64,000 bases of DNA from an uncultured Chloroflexia bacterium (GCA_963819655.1 CAWFXA010000002.1:992001-1056000); one strand, 5' to 3'. Shown: positions 29,958 to 39,120, counted from the stretch's first letter. Notes: a model not told the origin generated them from the sequence alone. Translations and numbers: made by a program.

Positions 29958-32165
29958 GGATCCGCCGGCTGCAGGTGCGGGATATGCGCCGGTACCGCGA
30001 GCTCGATATCGACCTTGCCCCTGGCGTCACCGTCGTCCGCGGCCCGAACGAGGCCGGCAAGAGCACCATCCAGCGAGCCATCGAGCTCGCCCTCACCCGC
30101 CGGGTGACAAGCAACGCGGGCGACCTCGAGACCCTGCGACCGTGGGATGCCGCCGCCGACGCACGTCCGTGGGTCTCGATCGAATTCGAGCAGGACGAGG
30201 AGGACGGGCGCACCGCGACCGGAACGCTCGAGAAGTGGTTCGGGGGCCAGAAGGGCACCGTCGATCTCGTGTACGACGGTCAGCGCGTCACCGACCCGGC
30301 GCTCGCGGACCAGGTCCTTGCCGAGCTCTCCGGCATCCCGACCGAGGCATTCTTCCGGTCGACCGCGTCGGTCCGCCATCACGAGCTGAGCGATGTCGCC
30401 CGTGACGAGGCGGCGCTCCGGGACCGGCTCCAGGCGAGCATCAGCGGCGCCGATCGCGGCACCGGGCGCGCCAAGAAGAAGCTCGAGCGGGCGATCTTCG
30501 AGCTGACGACGAAGGGTGACAAGAACCCTGGCAGGCTCAAGGTCGCGGAGGCGACAGTCGCCCAGGCGGTGGTAGCGGTCGAGAAGGGCGAGCTCGACCT
30601 GGCCCAGCTCGAGCGCGACCGCGACACGCTGTCGGGCGCGCGCGAGCGCCGGACCGAAGCGGAGGGCGGCCTGGCGGAGCGCCGGGCCATGCTCGAGAAG
30701 GCCCGTCAGGCCGAGCGTCTCGAGGCGGAGCGAACGTCCGCTCGCGAACGGTATGAGCGCTTCCGCGAAGCGGTCGAGGTCTCGACCGAGCTCGACGAGC
30801 TCGCACAGACCCACCCCTCGCCGAACCCGTTGCCGGTGATCCGCCAGGCAGTCGAGCGTCTGCGCGTGCTCGACACCCGGATCGCGCGAGCTGCGGGCAG
30901 CGCTCGCAGGCGAGATCGACGTCAACTTCGACGTGGCCCCCGAGCCGACCTGGCGGCCGCTCTCGCGCTGGGGTCTGTTCGCCGTCCTGATCGGGGCGCT
31001 GGTGGCCGGCGGCAGCTTCGTCTTGCAGACGCTCGGGATCGTCAACCTTGGCATGGCGCCCTTGTACATCGGCGCGGCCGTGGCGCTGATCGGTGGGATC
31101 CTGAGCGCCGTCGCGCTGTGGCTGCGACGGGGCTCGTCGATGCAGGAGCAGCTCCGCGGCGACGAGATCGACCGTCGGCTGCGCGGCCGCTCGGAGATGG
31201 AGGCGGAGCTCCGCCAGGCGGAGCTCGATGCGGAGCAGCAGCTCGGGACGCTCGGCCTGGACGACCTCGCGGCTGCCGAGGACCTCCTCGCACGCGAGGA
31301 GGCGCACGTCGCGCGGATGGACCAGATGACCGCACAGCTCGATGGGCTTGTCGGCAAGGAGCCGCGCGAGACGTTGCCGAAGCTACGCGATGCGGCGGCC
31401 CTCGAGATCGAACAGAAGACCAGCGCGCTCGATGCGCTCGGGCCGATCGCCAAGGAATCCCGGGCGCGTGAGCGCCTCGAGGTCGAGGTCCGTGACGGCG
31501 AGGCCGCGCTCGACCGCGCGCGCGACGACGAGGCCAATGCCCGCGCGCGCGTCGAGAACAATCGCGTGGACGCGGAGGAGGTCGCGGCCGAGGCAGAGCG
31601 CCTGGCCGTCTGGCGTGAGCAGCTCGCGCTCCTGCAGCGCCGGCACCGTGTGCTCGAGACCACCTTGCGCGCGATCGAGCGCGCCGAGACCGCGACGATG
31701 AAGACCGCCACGCGCTATCTCGAGGGCCACATGGTCCGCGACGTCGCGACCGTCACGGGCGGCCGCTATCGACGTGTGCGGGTCGACGACAAGACGCTCG
31801 ACATCGACGTCCACGCCCCCGAGCGGGGCGACTGGGTGCCGGTCGGCACACTCAGCCAGGGCACGCTGGACCTCGTGTACCTGACGGCGCGCCTCGGACT
31901 GGTGCGCCTCGTGACCGGGGATCGGCGCCCGCCGCTCGTCCTCGATGACCCGTTCGTGACGCTCGATGACGAGCGCGCGACGCGCGCCCTGGCGCTCCTG
32001 AAGCGCGTCGCAGACGACTTCCAGATCATCTATCTGACGACATCGGACCGGTACGACGGCGCGGCGCATGCCGTCGTCGAGCTGCCCGGTCCGGCCACGA
32101 TCGACGACGGGGTCGCCGATCCGTCGCTCACACCGGTCGAGAGCGCGAGCGGGGCCAGAGCCTGA
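29954..32165 (+). CDS. SMC/Rad50/YhaN-like ABC ATPase with central TM hairpin (frameshift near 30888)
   Basis: Walker A GPNEAGKST, coiled coils, two hydrophobic helices, LSQGT signature and LVLDDPFVTLD. GTG start overlaps the upstream stop. Confidence 0.85.
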
Positions 32166-32179
32166 TCGACACCCTCCCG

Positions 32180-33028
32180 GTGGGGACCCTGACCGTGGTC
32201 TTCGGCCTGGCCGCGGCCGTGGCCTGGGGCGCGGGCGATTTCGGTGGCGGCCTGGCGAGCCGTCGGGTGCCCGTCTACGGCGTCGTCCTCGTCTCCCAGG
32301 CGACCGGCCTCGTCATGTGCGTCGCGGCAGCGACGATCCTCGGCGAAGCCTTTCCGACCGGGAACGACCTCATCGTCTGCGCGATCGGCGGGGTCCTGGG
32401 CGCGTTCGGGATCACGATGCTCTATCGCGGCCTCGCGATCGGTCGGATGGGGATCGTGGCCCCGGTCACGGGCGTCCTCGCCGCGGTGATCCCGGTCGTC
32501 GCCGGGTTCGTCATCGAGGGCGTGCCGCCGCCGCTGGTCATCGTGGGGATCGTCATCGCAGTCGTGGCGGTGATCCTGGTCTCACGGGTGGCCGACGAGA
32601 CCGGCAGTCGCGCCGGGCTCACGGAAGCGCTGACCGGGGGGACCGCGATCGGCCTGTTCGGCGTCGCCATCTCGCAGCTGAGCCCGGGCGACGTGTTCGG
32701 TGACCTGGCGGTCATCCGGCTGGTCCAGGGCGTCCTCGTGGCGGGGGCGGTCCTCGTGATGCGAGCGGCGTGGCGGCCGGGCCGATCGCTCCTGCTCCCG
32801 CTGATCCTCATCGGCGTCCTGGACACGGCAGGCAATGGGTTCTACCTGGCCGCCGTGCAGACCGGCCAGCTTGCGATCGCGTCTGTGCTCTCGGCGATGT
32901 ATCCGGTCGCCACGGTCGTCCTCGCCGCGGTCGTGCTGCGCGAACCGGTGACGCGCGATCATTCGATCGGGATCCTCCTGGCCGGTGTGGCGATCGCGCT
33001 GATCGGCGTCGGGGGCGCCCAGACCTAG
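32180..33028 (+). CDS. DMT/EamA family transporter
   Basis: AWGAGDFGG, about 10 TM segments, SAMYPVATVVLAAVVLRE. Confidence 0.88.
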   Translation: MGTLTVVFGLAAAVAWGAGDFGGGLASRRVPVYGVVLVSQATGLVMCVAAATILGEAFPTGNDLIVCAIGGVLGAFGITMLYRGLAIGRMGIVAPVTGVLAAVIPVVAGFVIEGVPPPLVIVGIVIAVVAVILVSRVADETGSRAGLTEALTGGTAIGLFGVAISQLSPGDVFGDLAVIRLVQGVLVAGAVLVMRAAWRPGRSLLLPLILIGVLDTAGNGFYLAAVQTGQLAIASVLSAMYPVATVVLAAVVLREPVTRDHSIGILLAGVAIALIGVGGAQT

Positions 33029-33032
33029 ACAC

Positions 33033-33566
33033 CTAGGCGCTGCCGCCCGGCCCTCCGCGCACGACGATCAGCGCTGCCGCCTCGAGCGGACTGCGCAGGA
33101 TGACCACCGGGTCGAAGCCCTCGAGCGTCAGCAGCCCGCCGTCGACCGTCGTGCGGATGGCCGCCAGGTGTCGGTCGACGACGTCGGGGTCGACGGTCCG
33201 CCGTCGCGCGGCGTTCTGGGCCAGGACCGTCTCGGCGTCGAGGTCGAGCACGATCGCTGCCGCCGGGAAGCCCAGGCCTTGCGCCCGTCGGATCAAGGGA
33301 CGGCGCGCGCTGGCCGCGAGGTTCGTCGCATCGACGACGGTCAGTCGGCCAGCCCCGAGCCGCCTATCCACGGTCCGATGAAGGATGCGGAACGCCAACT
33401 TCGACGCGGTCTGGTCGTCTTCGTCACCGGACACCACGGCGCGCAGCGCGTCGGACGAGACGATCTCGTCGGGCGCGAACAGTCGCGCCGCGAGAGTCGA
33501 TTTGCCCGCGCCGGCCGCCCCGACGAGCACGACGAGCGACGGATCCGGGATGACCAGGGTCGACAC
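33033..33566 (-). CDS. Stand-alone P-loop kinase (AAA_33, Pnkp kinase-domain-like)
   Basis: SLVVLVGAAGAGKST, VSSDALR and TVVDATN. Confidence 0.82.
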   Translation of the reverse strand: MSTLVIPDPSLVVLVGAAGAGKSTLAARLFAPDEIVSSDALRAVVSGDEDDQTASKLAFRILHRTVDRRLGAGRLTVVDATNLAASARRPLIRRAQGLGFPAAAIVLDLDAETVLAQNAARRRTVDPDVVDRHLAAIRTTVDGGLLTLEGFDPVVILRSPLEAAALIVVRGGPGGSA

Positions 33567-33625
33567 CCGTCGATGATGCCGCGCCGGGGCCGGTCGGGTG
33601 ATCGGCCGGCGCTATGACCTGGACG

Positions 33626-34498
33626 CTACGCCGTCGCCGCTCGGCGGACCTCGTAGCCGCCTCCCTCCGCGGGACGGATCTCATAGCTCGGCTGGTCGTA
33701 GACGGTCGGGCCTCGTCGAGCGAGGCCGTCGACCAGTCGGTATCGCGAGAAGTGCCAGGGGCACTCGATGCAGCCGTCGACCAGCCGGCCCTCGTTCAAG
33801 GGGCCCCCGGCATGAGCGCACACGTTGTGCATCGCGTGAAGGGTGCCCCCGATGCGCACCACCACGAGGTCGTTGATGCCGGCGCGCATCTTGGTCGGCG
33901 TCGCCTCGGGAAGGTGATCGAGATCGGTCACGGTGCCCGTATCGAGACGGACCCATCTGGTGCCCGCCCCGCGGAACGCATGGCGGCTGACCATGTTGCC
34001 GAGCAGGTACACGACGTCTCCGCCGACGAACGCCCCTGCGCTCACGATCAGGAACCCGATGATCGACAGCGCGATCGGCACGGTCCGGTCGACGGGCGCG
34101 CCGGCGCGCATCAGTGCTGACACGATCAGCACGAGCAGGGTCACGGTCATCAAGGACGCGTGCAGCGTCGCTCGGGTCAGTGGCGTGCCGGTCGTCTCGC
34201 TGTAGTCGGCCAGGCCCGACAGCGCCGCGAGGACCATGAACACGATCGTCCCGATCAGGACGATGTCAGCCGCGGTCGGCTGGCCGAGCACATCCAGGAT
34301 GACGACCCCGAGCAGCATGCCGATCGGGATGTCGGTCGACGCCGCATGGAGTGGGTGGCCGAGCCAGCGGCCGTTGAGCAGGTCCCGGATCGGCGGCATC
34401 GCGCGGAACAGCGCCGAGGTCCAGCGGTGGTTGAACTCCCCGAACGGCCGTGCCCAGCCGTCGTTCAGTGATACCAGTCGAGCCAGCAGTCGTGCCAT
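33626..34498 (-). CDS. DUF2231-type membrane domain + Rieske 2Fe-2S protein
   Basis: GRWLGHPLH membrane domain; Rieske motifs CAHAGGPL and CPWH; GGAGGT RBS. Confidence 0.88.
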   Translation of the reverse strand: MARLLARLVSLNDGWARPFGEFNHRWTSALFRAMPPIRDLLNGRWLGHPLHAASTDIPIGMLLGVVILDVLGQPTAADIVLIGTIVFMVLAALSGLADYSETTGTPLTRATLHASLMTVTLLVLIVSALMRAGAPVDRTVPIALSIIGFLIVSAGAFVGGDVVYLLGNMVSRHAFRGAGTRWVRLDTGTVTDLDHLPEATPTKMRAGINDLVVVRIGGTLHAMHNVCAHAGGPLNEGRLVDGCIECPWHFSRYRLVDGLARRGPTVYDQPSYEIRPAEGGGYEVRRAATA

Positions 34499-34561
34499 CG
34501 ACCCACCTCCCGTTGAAGGAATCTACGCCGCGCGGGTCGTGTATGGATGCTGCAAGCGTGG

Positions 34562-34671
34562 CCGTCCACATTCCGTCCACACTCGGGGGAATCTCGGGGA
34601 TAAGCCATCGACCATTCAGACGAAGTTCGTGGATAAGGCGGTTGTGGCCGTATCGACCCGGCGGGTACATT
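34562..34671 (+). promoter_or_regulatory. DnaA-box-like cluster with sigma70-type promoter
   Basis: CCGTCCACA at 34562 and 34573; reverse-strand TTATCCCCG (34595-603) and TTATCCACG (34628-36); TTGTGG-18bp-TACATT (34642-71). Confidence 0.5.
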
Positions 34672-34675
34672 TCGT

Positions 34676-34870
34676 CCTGCCCGAAGGGGCAGGTGCGAAC
34701 CGCCAGACCGCACCGAGGAGCGATCCTCGGGACGGTCCCGGAAGCCGGGTTCGATAGTCGCAAGGCCGTCGAGCGAGGATTTCGGGCGGAGCGTAATGAC
34801 TCCGGACTTGTTCGGAGCCGTTGCGAGACGACGGGCGGTCCTCCCACCAGTTCCTTCGGGCGCTTTCGTG
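34676..34870 (+). ncRNA. Candidate ~190-nt multi-branched non-coding RNA, family unassigned
   Basis: About 22-bp 5'/3' closing stem and arms capped by GCGA and GCAA tetraloops. G-U pairs work only on the + strand. It starts just after a -10 box and contains no credible ORF. Confidence 0.65.
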
Positions 34871-34960
34871 TGCGCGGGAGTCTCTTGTCGCGCTCCGATG
34901 CGCCGAAAACGTGGTTCCTGGACTGCACGACTGGGCCGAAGCGAGCGCGCCGCTGACGCT

Positions 34961-35078
34961 CCGCAGCGCCCGACCGTGTCTGTGAGCGCGGAATCACGCC
35001 GCAGCGCCCGATCGTCTTTGAAGCACGGATCTCGCCGCAGCGTCGGTCCGACCATGAACTACGCGGATGGCAGCGTCC
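34961..35078 (+). repeat. Degenerate 33-38-nt tandem repeat (3 units plus a partial)
   Basis: CCGCAGCG at 34961, 34999 and 35035, GCAGCG at 35070; each unit contains ...TGA...CGGA. Confidence 0.55.
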
Positions 35079-35244
35079 TTAGGTCCGGAAGAGGTCGGTT
35101 AGACCTCGCTCTGGCCCCTACCGACCAGCCATAACGCCGCTATGGATGCGCGATGTGCATGGTCGACGGCTGTGAAGGAGTCGATGGCGGCCCGGATCTC
35201 GACATTGCGTCGCTGGGATGCGCGTACTTCATGGTTGGGGAGGG

Positions 35245-35320
35245 GATTCGGGAGGCCGGGCGTGATTGGGAGTCCGGGCGGGTCGCGGGCGGCCGGGCGT
35301 GGATTCGGGCGCCCGGGCGG
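35245..35320 (+). repeat. G-rich 18-20-nt tandem repeat (4 units)
   Basis: GATTCGGGAGGCCGGGCGT / GATTGGGAGTCCGGGCGG / GTCGCGGGCGGCCGGGCGT / GATTCGGGCGCCCGGGCGG. Confidence 0.55.
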
Positions 35321-35431
35321 CCAAAAGCCGTGCTCGTATCTCGCCTCGAGCCTGATCTGCAGTCTGCCAGGCATACGTTCGACCGATCGCGCCGTGTGCG
35401 CCGACATGCTCGGCACGGTAGCCTCGCGCCG

Positions 35432-36691
35432 GTGACCCCGCCTCTTGACGTCCGCCCCGCCGAGGACTGGCGCCGCCTACTCGTGGTCTTCTGGCTCACG
35501 TCGATGGTCGAGGCCCTCGGCGTCAGCCAGATCTTCGCCCTGGTCCCCTCGTACCTGCGGGAGATGGGCGTTCCACAGGACGAGCGGCTGGCTTTCGTCG
35601 GCTTGTTCTCTTCACTGATCTTCGTCGTGGGCATGCCGCTCGTCCCGCTGTGGGGCGTGTGGGCCGATAAATACAGCCGCAAGGCCGTCATCGTGCGGAG
35701 CGCGCTCGTCGAGGCAGTCGTGTTCGCCGGCGTCGCTCTGTCGCGCGAACCCTGGCAGCTCGCACTGAGCATGCTGCTGATCGGCTTCCAGCTGGGCAAC
35801 ACCGGGGTGATGCTGGCCGGCATCCGGGACGTCACGCCACTCGCCCGACTCGGCACTGTCATGGGCATCTTCGGTGCCTCGACCGCTGTCGGTTTGGCGC
35901 TCGGCCCGACACTCGCCGGACTGCTCATCGACGGGTTCGGCTGGTCGCTGTCGGCAGTGTTCTGGTTGTCGGCCGGCCTCTCGATCGCGACGGCCTTGCT
36001 GGTCACGTTCGGCTCACGCGAGGTGCGCCCGTCCGTGATCCCGCAGGGGCGGATCGTCACCCTCGCGTTCGGGGCGATGCGGGCCGTTCTGACGGACGCG
36101 ACCGTCCGGCGGATCTTCCTGATCTTCGGTGTCTCGTTCCTGGCGACCCAGATGAGCCGGCCATACCTTCCGGTCGTCGTGGAAGGGCTCGCCGGGACCG
36201 GCGCCGGCCTCGCGTCGGCGATCGCGCTCGTCATGGGCACTGCGGCGCTGGTCGGCGGGCTCATCGCGCCGCTCGGTGGCTGGCTGGGCGACCGCGTCGG
36301 TTTTCGACCCGTCCTCGTGGCGGCCCTCGCGGGTGGTGGCGTGGTCCTGGCACTGATGCCGTTCGTGCCGTCGGTGGCCGCGCTGGCGGGCCTCGCCGTC
36401 ATCCTCGCGGCCGCGACGGCCACGGTCAGCGCGATGGTGTTCGGCATGCTTGCGACCGACGTGCCGGCCGACCGCCGCTCCGCCACGCTCAATCTCGTCT
36501 ACCTGCCGCTGTACACGGCTGGGATCATCGGGCCGGCGCTCGGCGCCGCGGTCGTCGGGCTCGGTGGATTACCCGCGCCATTCGTCCTCGGCGCGGCGGT
36601 GTTTATCGCGGGCGCGATCGTGATCGCCACGCGCCGGGCGTCGAGCACGGCGGTCGCCGCCGCTCCTGGTGCGGTCAGCCTCGATCCCTGA
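35432..36691 (+). CDS. MFS transporter (DHA1/MdtG-like)
   Basis: PLWGVWADKYSRK and GWLGDRVGFR. TAGCCT lies 7 nt before GTG 35432. Confidence 0.88.
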   Translation: MTPPLDVRPAEDWRRLLVVFWLTSMVEALGVSQIFALVPSYLREMGVPQDERLAFVGLFSSLIFVVGMPLVPLWGVWADKYSRKAVIVRSALVEAVVFAGVALSREPWQLALSMLLIGFQLGNTGVMLAGIRDVTPLARLGTVMGIFGASTAVGLALGPTLAGLLIDGFGWSLSAVFWLSAGLSIATALLVTFGSREVRPSVIPQGRIVTLAFGAMRAVLTDATVRRIFLIFGVSFLATQMSRPYLPVVVEGLAGTGAGLASAIALVMGTAALVGGLIAPLGGWLGDRVGFRPVLVAALAGGGVVLALMPFVPSVAALAGLAVILAAATATVSAMVFGMLATDVPADRRSATLNLVYLPLYTAGIIGPALGAAVVGLGGLPAPFVLGAAVFIAGAIVIATRRASSTAVAAAPGAVSLDP

Positions 36692-36959
36692 CAGCCGGCC
36701 GGAAACGGAGGCGCCGACGGACGTCCCCCAGACGAACCGTCGGCGCATGGATGGAGCAGCCCTCTCACGCATCCATACGACGCAGCGTCGCCATCGGATC
36801 ACCGGCGCGCAAGCCGTCTCATCCCGACCGACCGTTCGGGGGTTTCCCGGACGTCGCCGGGGGCAGGGCCTCTGCTAGTGTCGGGTTGAGCTCGCGGCTC
36901 GCGCGATCCGCGAGGGTTGGCTCGAGGTGCCGCCGGGTCGGGGCTAGGCCGGGTCGCGC

Positions 36960-37850
36960 CTAGATAGGCTCGACCGCAGCGTGGCTCGGCGCCCGGCCGG
37001 CCGGCCGCATTGGTGCCACAGGTTCGCGCAGCGCGATGACTGCGAGGAGCATCGACAGCCCGCCGTACCACAGGGCAGGCAGGGCCAGCATCCCGGAGAC
37101 CGGCACCGTCCAGCGGCGGCCCGTCCAGGCGCCCCACACGACCAGCGCGATCGCGAACGGCAGCCGCACGACGAACGGGATCGGGATGGCGGCCCAGGTC
37201 CCGTCCCGACCCGCGACTCGGCTCAGGACCTCGCCCCATGCGAGCCAGGCATCGGGCCACACGAGGAACGACACCGCCACGATGGCCGCCGTGGCTCCGA
37301 GGGCGATCGCCAAGTCCCGCCATTCGCGCCGGACGACGTACCACAGCAAGCCGATGCCGGGCGTGATCTTCGTCAGCAGCACGAGCGCCCACATCCATGG
37401 CCAGCGGAACGAGAGCACGATGGCGGCGGCCAGCAGAAGGTGGATGTTCCCGCCGGCAAGTTCCATCGCACCGAGCACGATGCCGACTGCCAGCCAGCGT
37501 CGACCGGTCAGCACGTACGTCGCCCCGAGGAGGATCGCCGTCCAGGCGGCCATGAACGCCTGCCACGGCAGCACCCGGATGGGCTGCAGCAACTGCAGGA
37601 ACGCCGGCGAGTAGACGTAGGCGATCGGATCGGTCCAGTCGGACCGGGCGTACGGGTCTGCGAGGGTCGGGAACCAGTAGCAGTAGGCGTCCTGGCCGGT
37701 CCCCCACAGGCGACCCCACGGGGACGAGAACGCGACGATCGCCGCCCACGCGACGACGGCCATGCCCGGGCCGACCCATGGATGCCGATCGAGCCAGTGC
37801 CCGAGGCCCCTGGTCCACCCCTGGAACCGGTCGGCGAGGGGTCCGGTCAT
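36960..37850 (-). CDS. Glycosyltransferase family 87 (DUF2029)-like membrane protein
   Basis: DAYCYW, YVYSPAF, GNIHLLL and LLTKITPG; polytopic. Confidence 0.78.
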   Translation of the reverse strand: MTGPLADRFQGWTRGLGHWLDRHPWVGPGMAVVAWAAIVAFSSPWGRLWGTGQDAYCYWFPTLADPYARSDWTDPIAYVYSPAFLQLLQPIRVLPWQAFMAAWTAILLGATYVLTGRRWLAVGIVLGAMELAGGNIHLLLAAAIVLSFRWPWMWALVLLTKITPGIGLLWYVVRREWRDLAIALGATAAIVAVSFLVWPDAWLAWGEVLSRVAGRDGTWAAIPIPFVVRLPFAIALVVWGAWTGRRWTVPVSGMLALPALWYGGLSMLLAVIALREPVAPMRPAGRAPSHAAVEPI

Positions 37851-37876
37851 CGCATCCCGTGCCGTACCATTCCGCC

Positions 37877-38872
37877 GTGCCCAACCTGCCTTTTCCGCGC
37901 GGCCCGCGCCGTCGTCGCCCCGGTGACGAGGCGGACGTCGTCATGCCCGAGATCGTGGCGGATCCGGACATCATCGAGGCTGCCGGCATCCGCTGGATCC
38001 ACATCGAGTCGCCGCGCACCGCCGACCGCGACTGGTTGGAAGAGCACTACGATTTCCACCCGCTCGACTATGAGGACGTCTTCTCGCGCAACCAGCGCCC
38101 GAAGCTCGACCAGTACGACGACTACGTCTTCATCGTGCTGCACTTCCCACTCTTCGACAAGGACAGCGGGCGCATCCTGACGGCCGAGCTCGACCTGTTC
38201 ATGGGGCCCGACTACGTCATCACACTGCCCAACATCCCGCTGCCGCCGCTGTCGGCCATGTTCGAGCGCTACCGGGAGAAGGACGACCTGCGCCAGGAGA
38301 TCTTTGCGCAGGGCCCTGGCTACCTCCTGTACAAGATCGTCGACACCGGGGTCGATGCGTCGTTCCCCATGCTGCGCAAGACGCTGCTCAAGCTGGAGCG
38401 GCTCGAGGACGACATCTTCGAGGGCCGCTCGTCGGAGATCGTGCGCGACCTGTCCGACACCAAGCAGGAGATCATCAACTTCCGCAAGATCGTCCGTCCG
38501 CAGCGCGCGGTGTTGCGCGATCTCGAGCGCACGAAGCAGCGCTACCTCCAGGAAGGGCTGGAGATCTATTTCGATGACATCTCGGACGCGGCCGAGCGGA
38601 TCTGGGAGCTGCTCGAGAATTACAAGGAGGTCATCGAGGGGCTCGAGTCGACGAACGAGTCGGTGCTGTCACATCAGCTGAACGAGTCGTTCCGGGTCCT
38701 CACCGCGGCGAGCGTCGTGCTGCTGCCGCTGACGCTCATCGCGAGCATCTTCGGGATGAACGTGCAGTTCCCCGGCGAGGGCCAGACCATCGCGTTCTAC
38801 CTGATCCTCGCGCTCATGGCGTCCGTGCTCGTCGGGCTCGTGATCCTGTTCCGCCGCCGCGGGTGGTTGTAG
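37877..38872 (+). CDS. corA: CorA family Mg2+/Co2+ transporter
   Basis: FHPLDYED, QRPKLDQY and PLTLIASIFGMN. TACCAT lies 6 nt before GTG 37877. Confidence 0.9.
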   Translation: MPNLPFPRGPRRRRPGDEADVVMPEIVADPDIIEAAGIRWIHIESPRTADRDWLEEHYDFHPLDYEDVFSRNQRPKLDQYDDYVFIVLHFPLFDKDSGRILTAELDLFMGPDYVITLPNIPLPPLSAMFERYREKDDLRQEIFAQGPGYLLYKIVDTGVDASFPMLRKTLLKLERLEDDIFEGRSSEIVRDLSDTKQEIINFRKIVRPQRAVLRDLERTKQRYLQEGLEIYFDDISDAAERIWELLENYKEVIEGLESTNESVLSHQLNESFRVLTAASVVLLPLTLIASIFGMNVQFPGEGQTIAFYLILALMASVLVGLVILFRRRGWL

Positions 38873-39043
38873 GCCCTGCGCCCTCCCGCATGGCCGGCGC
38901 CCTCCAGCCTGGCCTGGTGCAAATGTCAGATGCGATCCTCGAACAGATCCTTCATGACGGCTCGCCCAGACGTCATCGGTCTGCTGCCTGGGATTCGGCC
39001 ACGCTCATCCATCGTGAATGTGCATCCCAGGCTTGCGCGGCCG

Positions 39044-39101
39044 AGTCGGTGGCCGCGCCGGAGACGGCCGCGCGTCAGTCGGTGGCCGCGCCGGAGACGG
39101 C
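39044..39101 (+). repeat. Exact 25-bp direct repeat, period 33
   Basis: AGTCGGTGGCCGCGCCGGAGACGGC at 39044 and 39077. Confidence 0.8.
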
Positions 39102-39120
39102 GCCCCGCGTCTGACCGGCG

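Noticed and set aside
34562-34671. Chromosomal replication origin
   Set aside because: Only about four imperfect boxes, no AT-rich unwinding element and no dnaA/dnaN nearby.
34961-35078. CRISPR array
   Set aside because: The conserved part is only 8-13 nt, the intervening sequences resemble one another, and no cas genes are in the window.
34676-35117. tmRNA, RNase P RNA or SRP RNA as the identity of the structured region
   Set aside because: No GGGG..GGxTTCGAC start with a T-arm/CCA end, no GAGGAAAGTCC, and AGGTCCGGAAG at 35081 is not followed by GAAGCAG.
34796-35134. 112-aa ORF across the candidate ncRNA and repeats
   Set aside because: No recognisable motif, atypical codon usage, and it overlaps the base-paired region.
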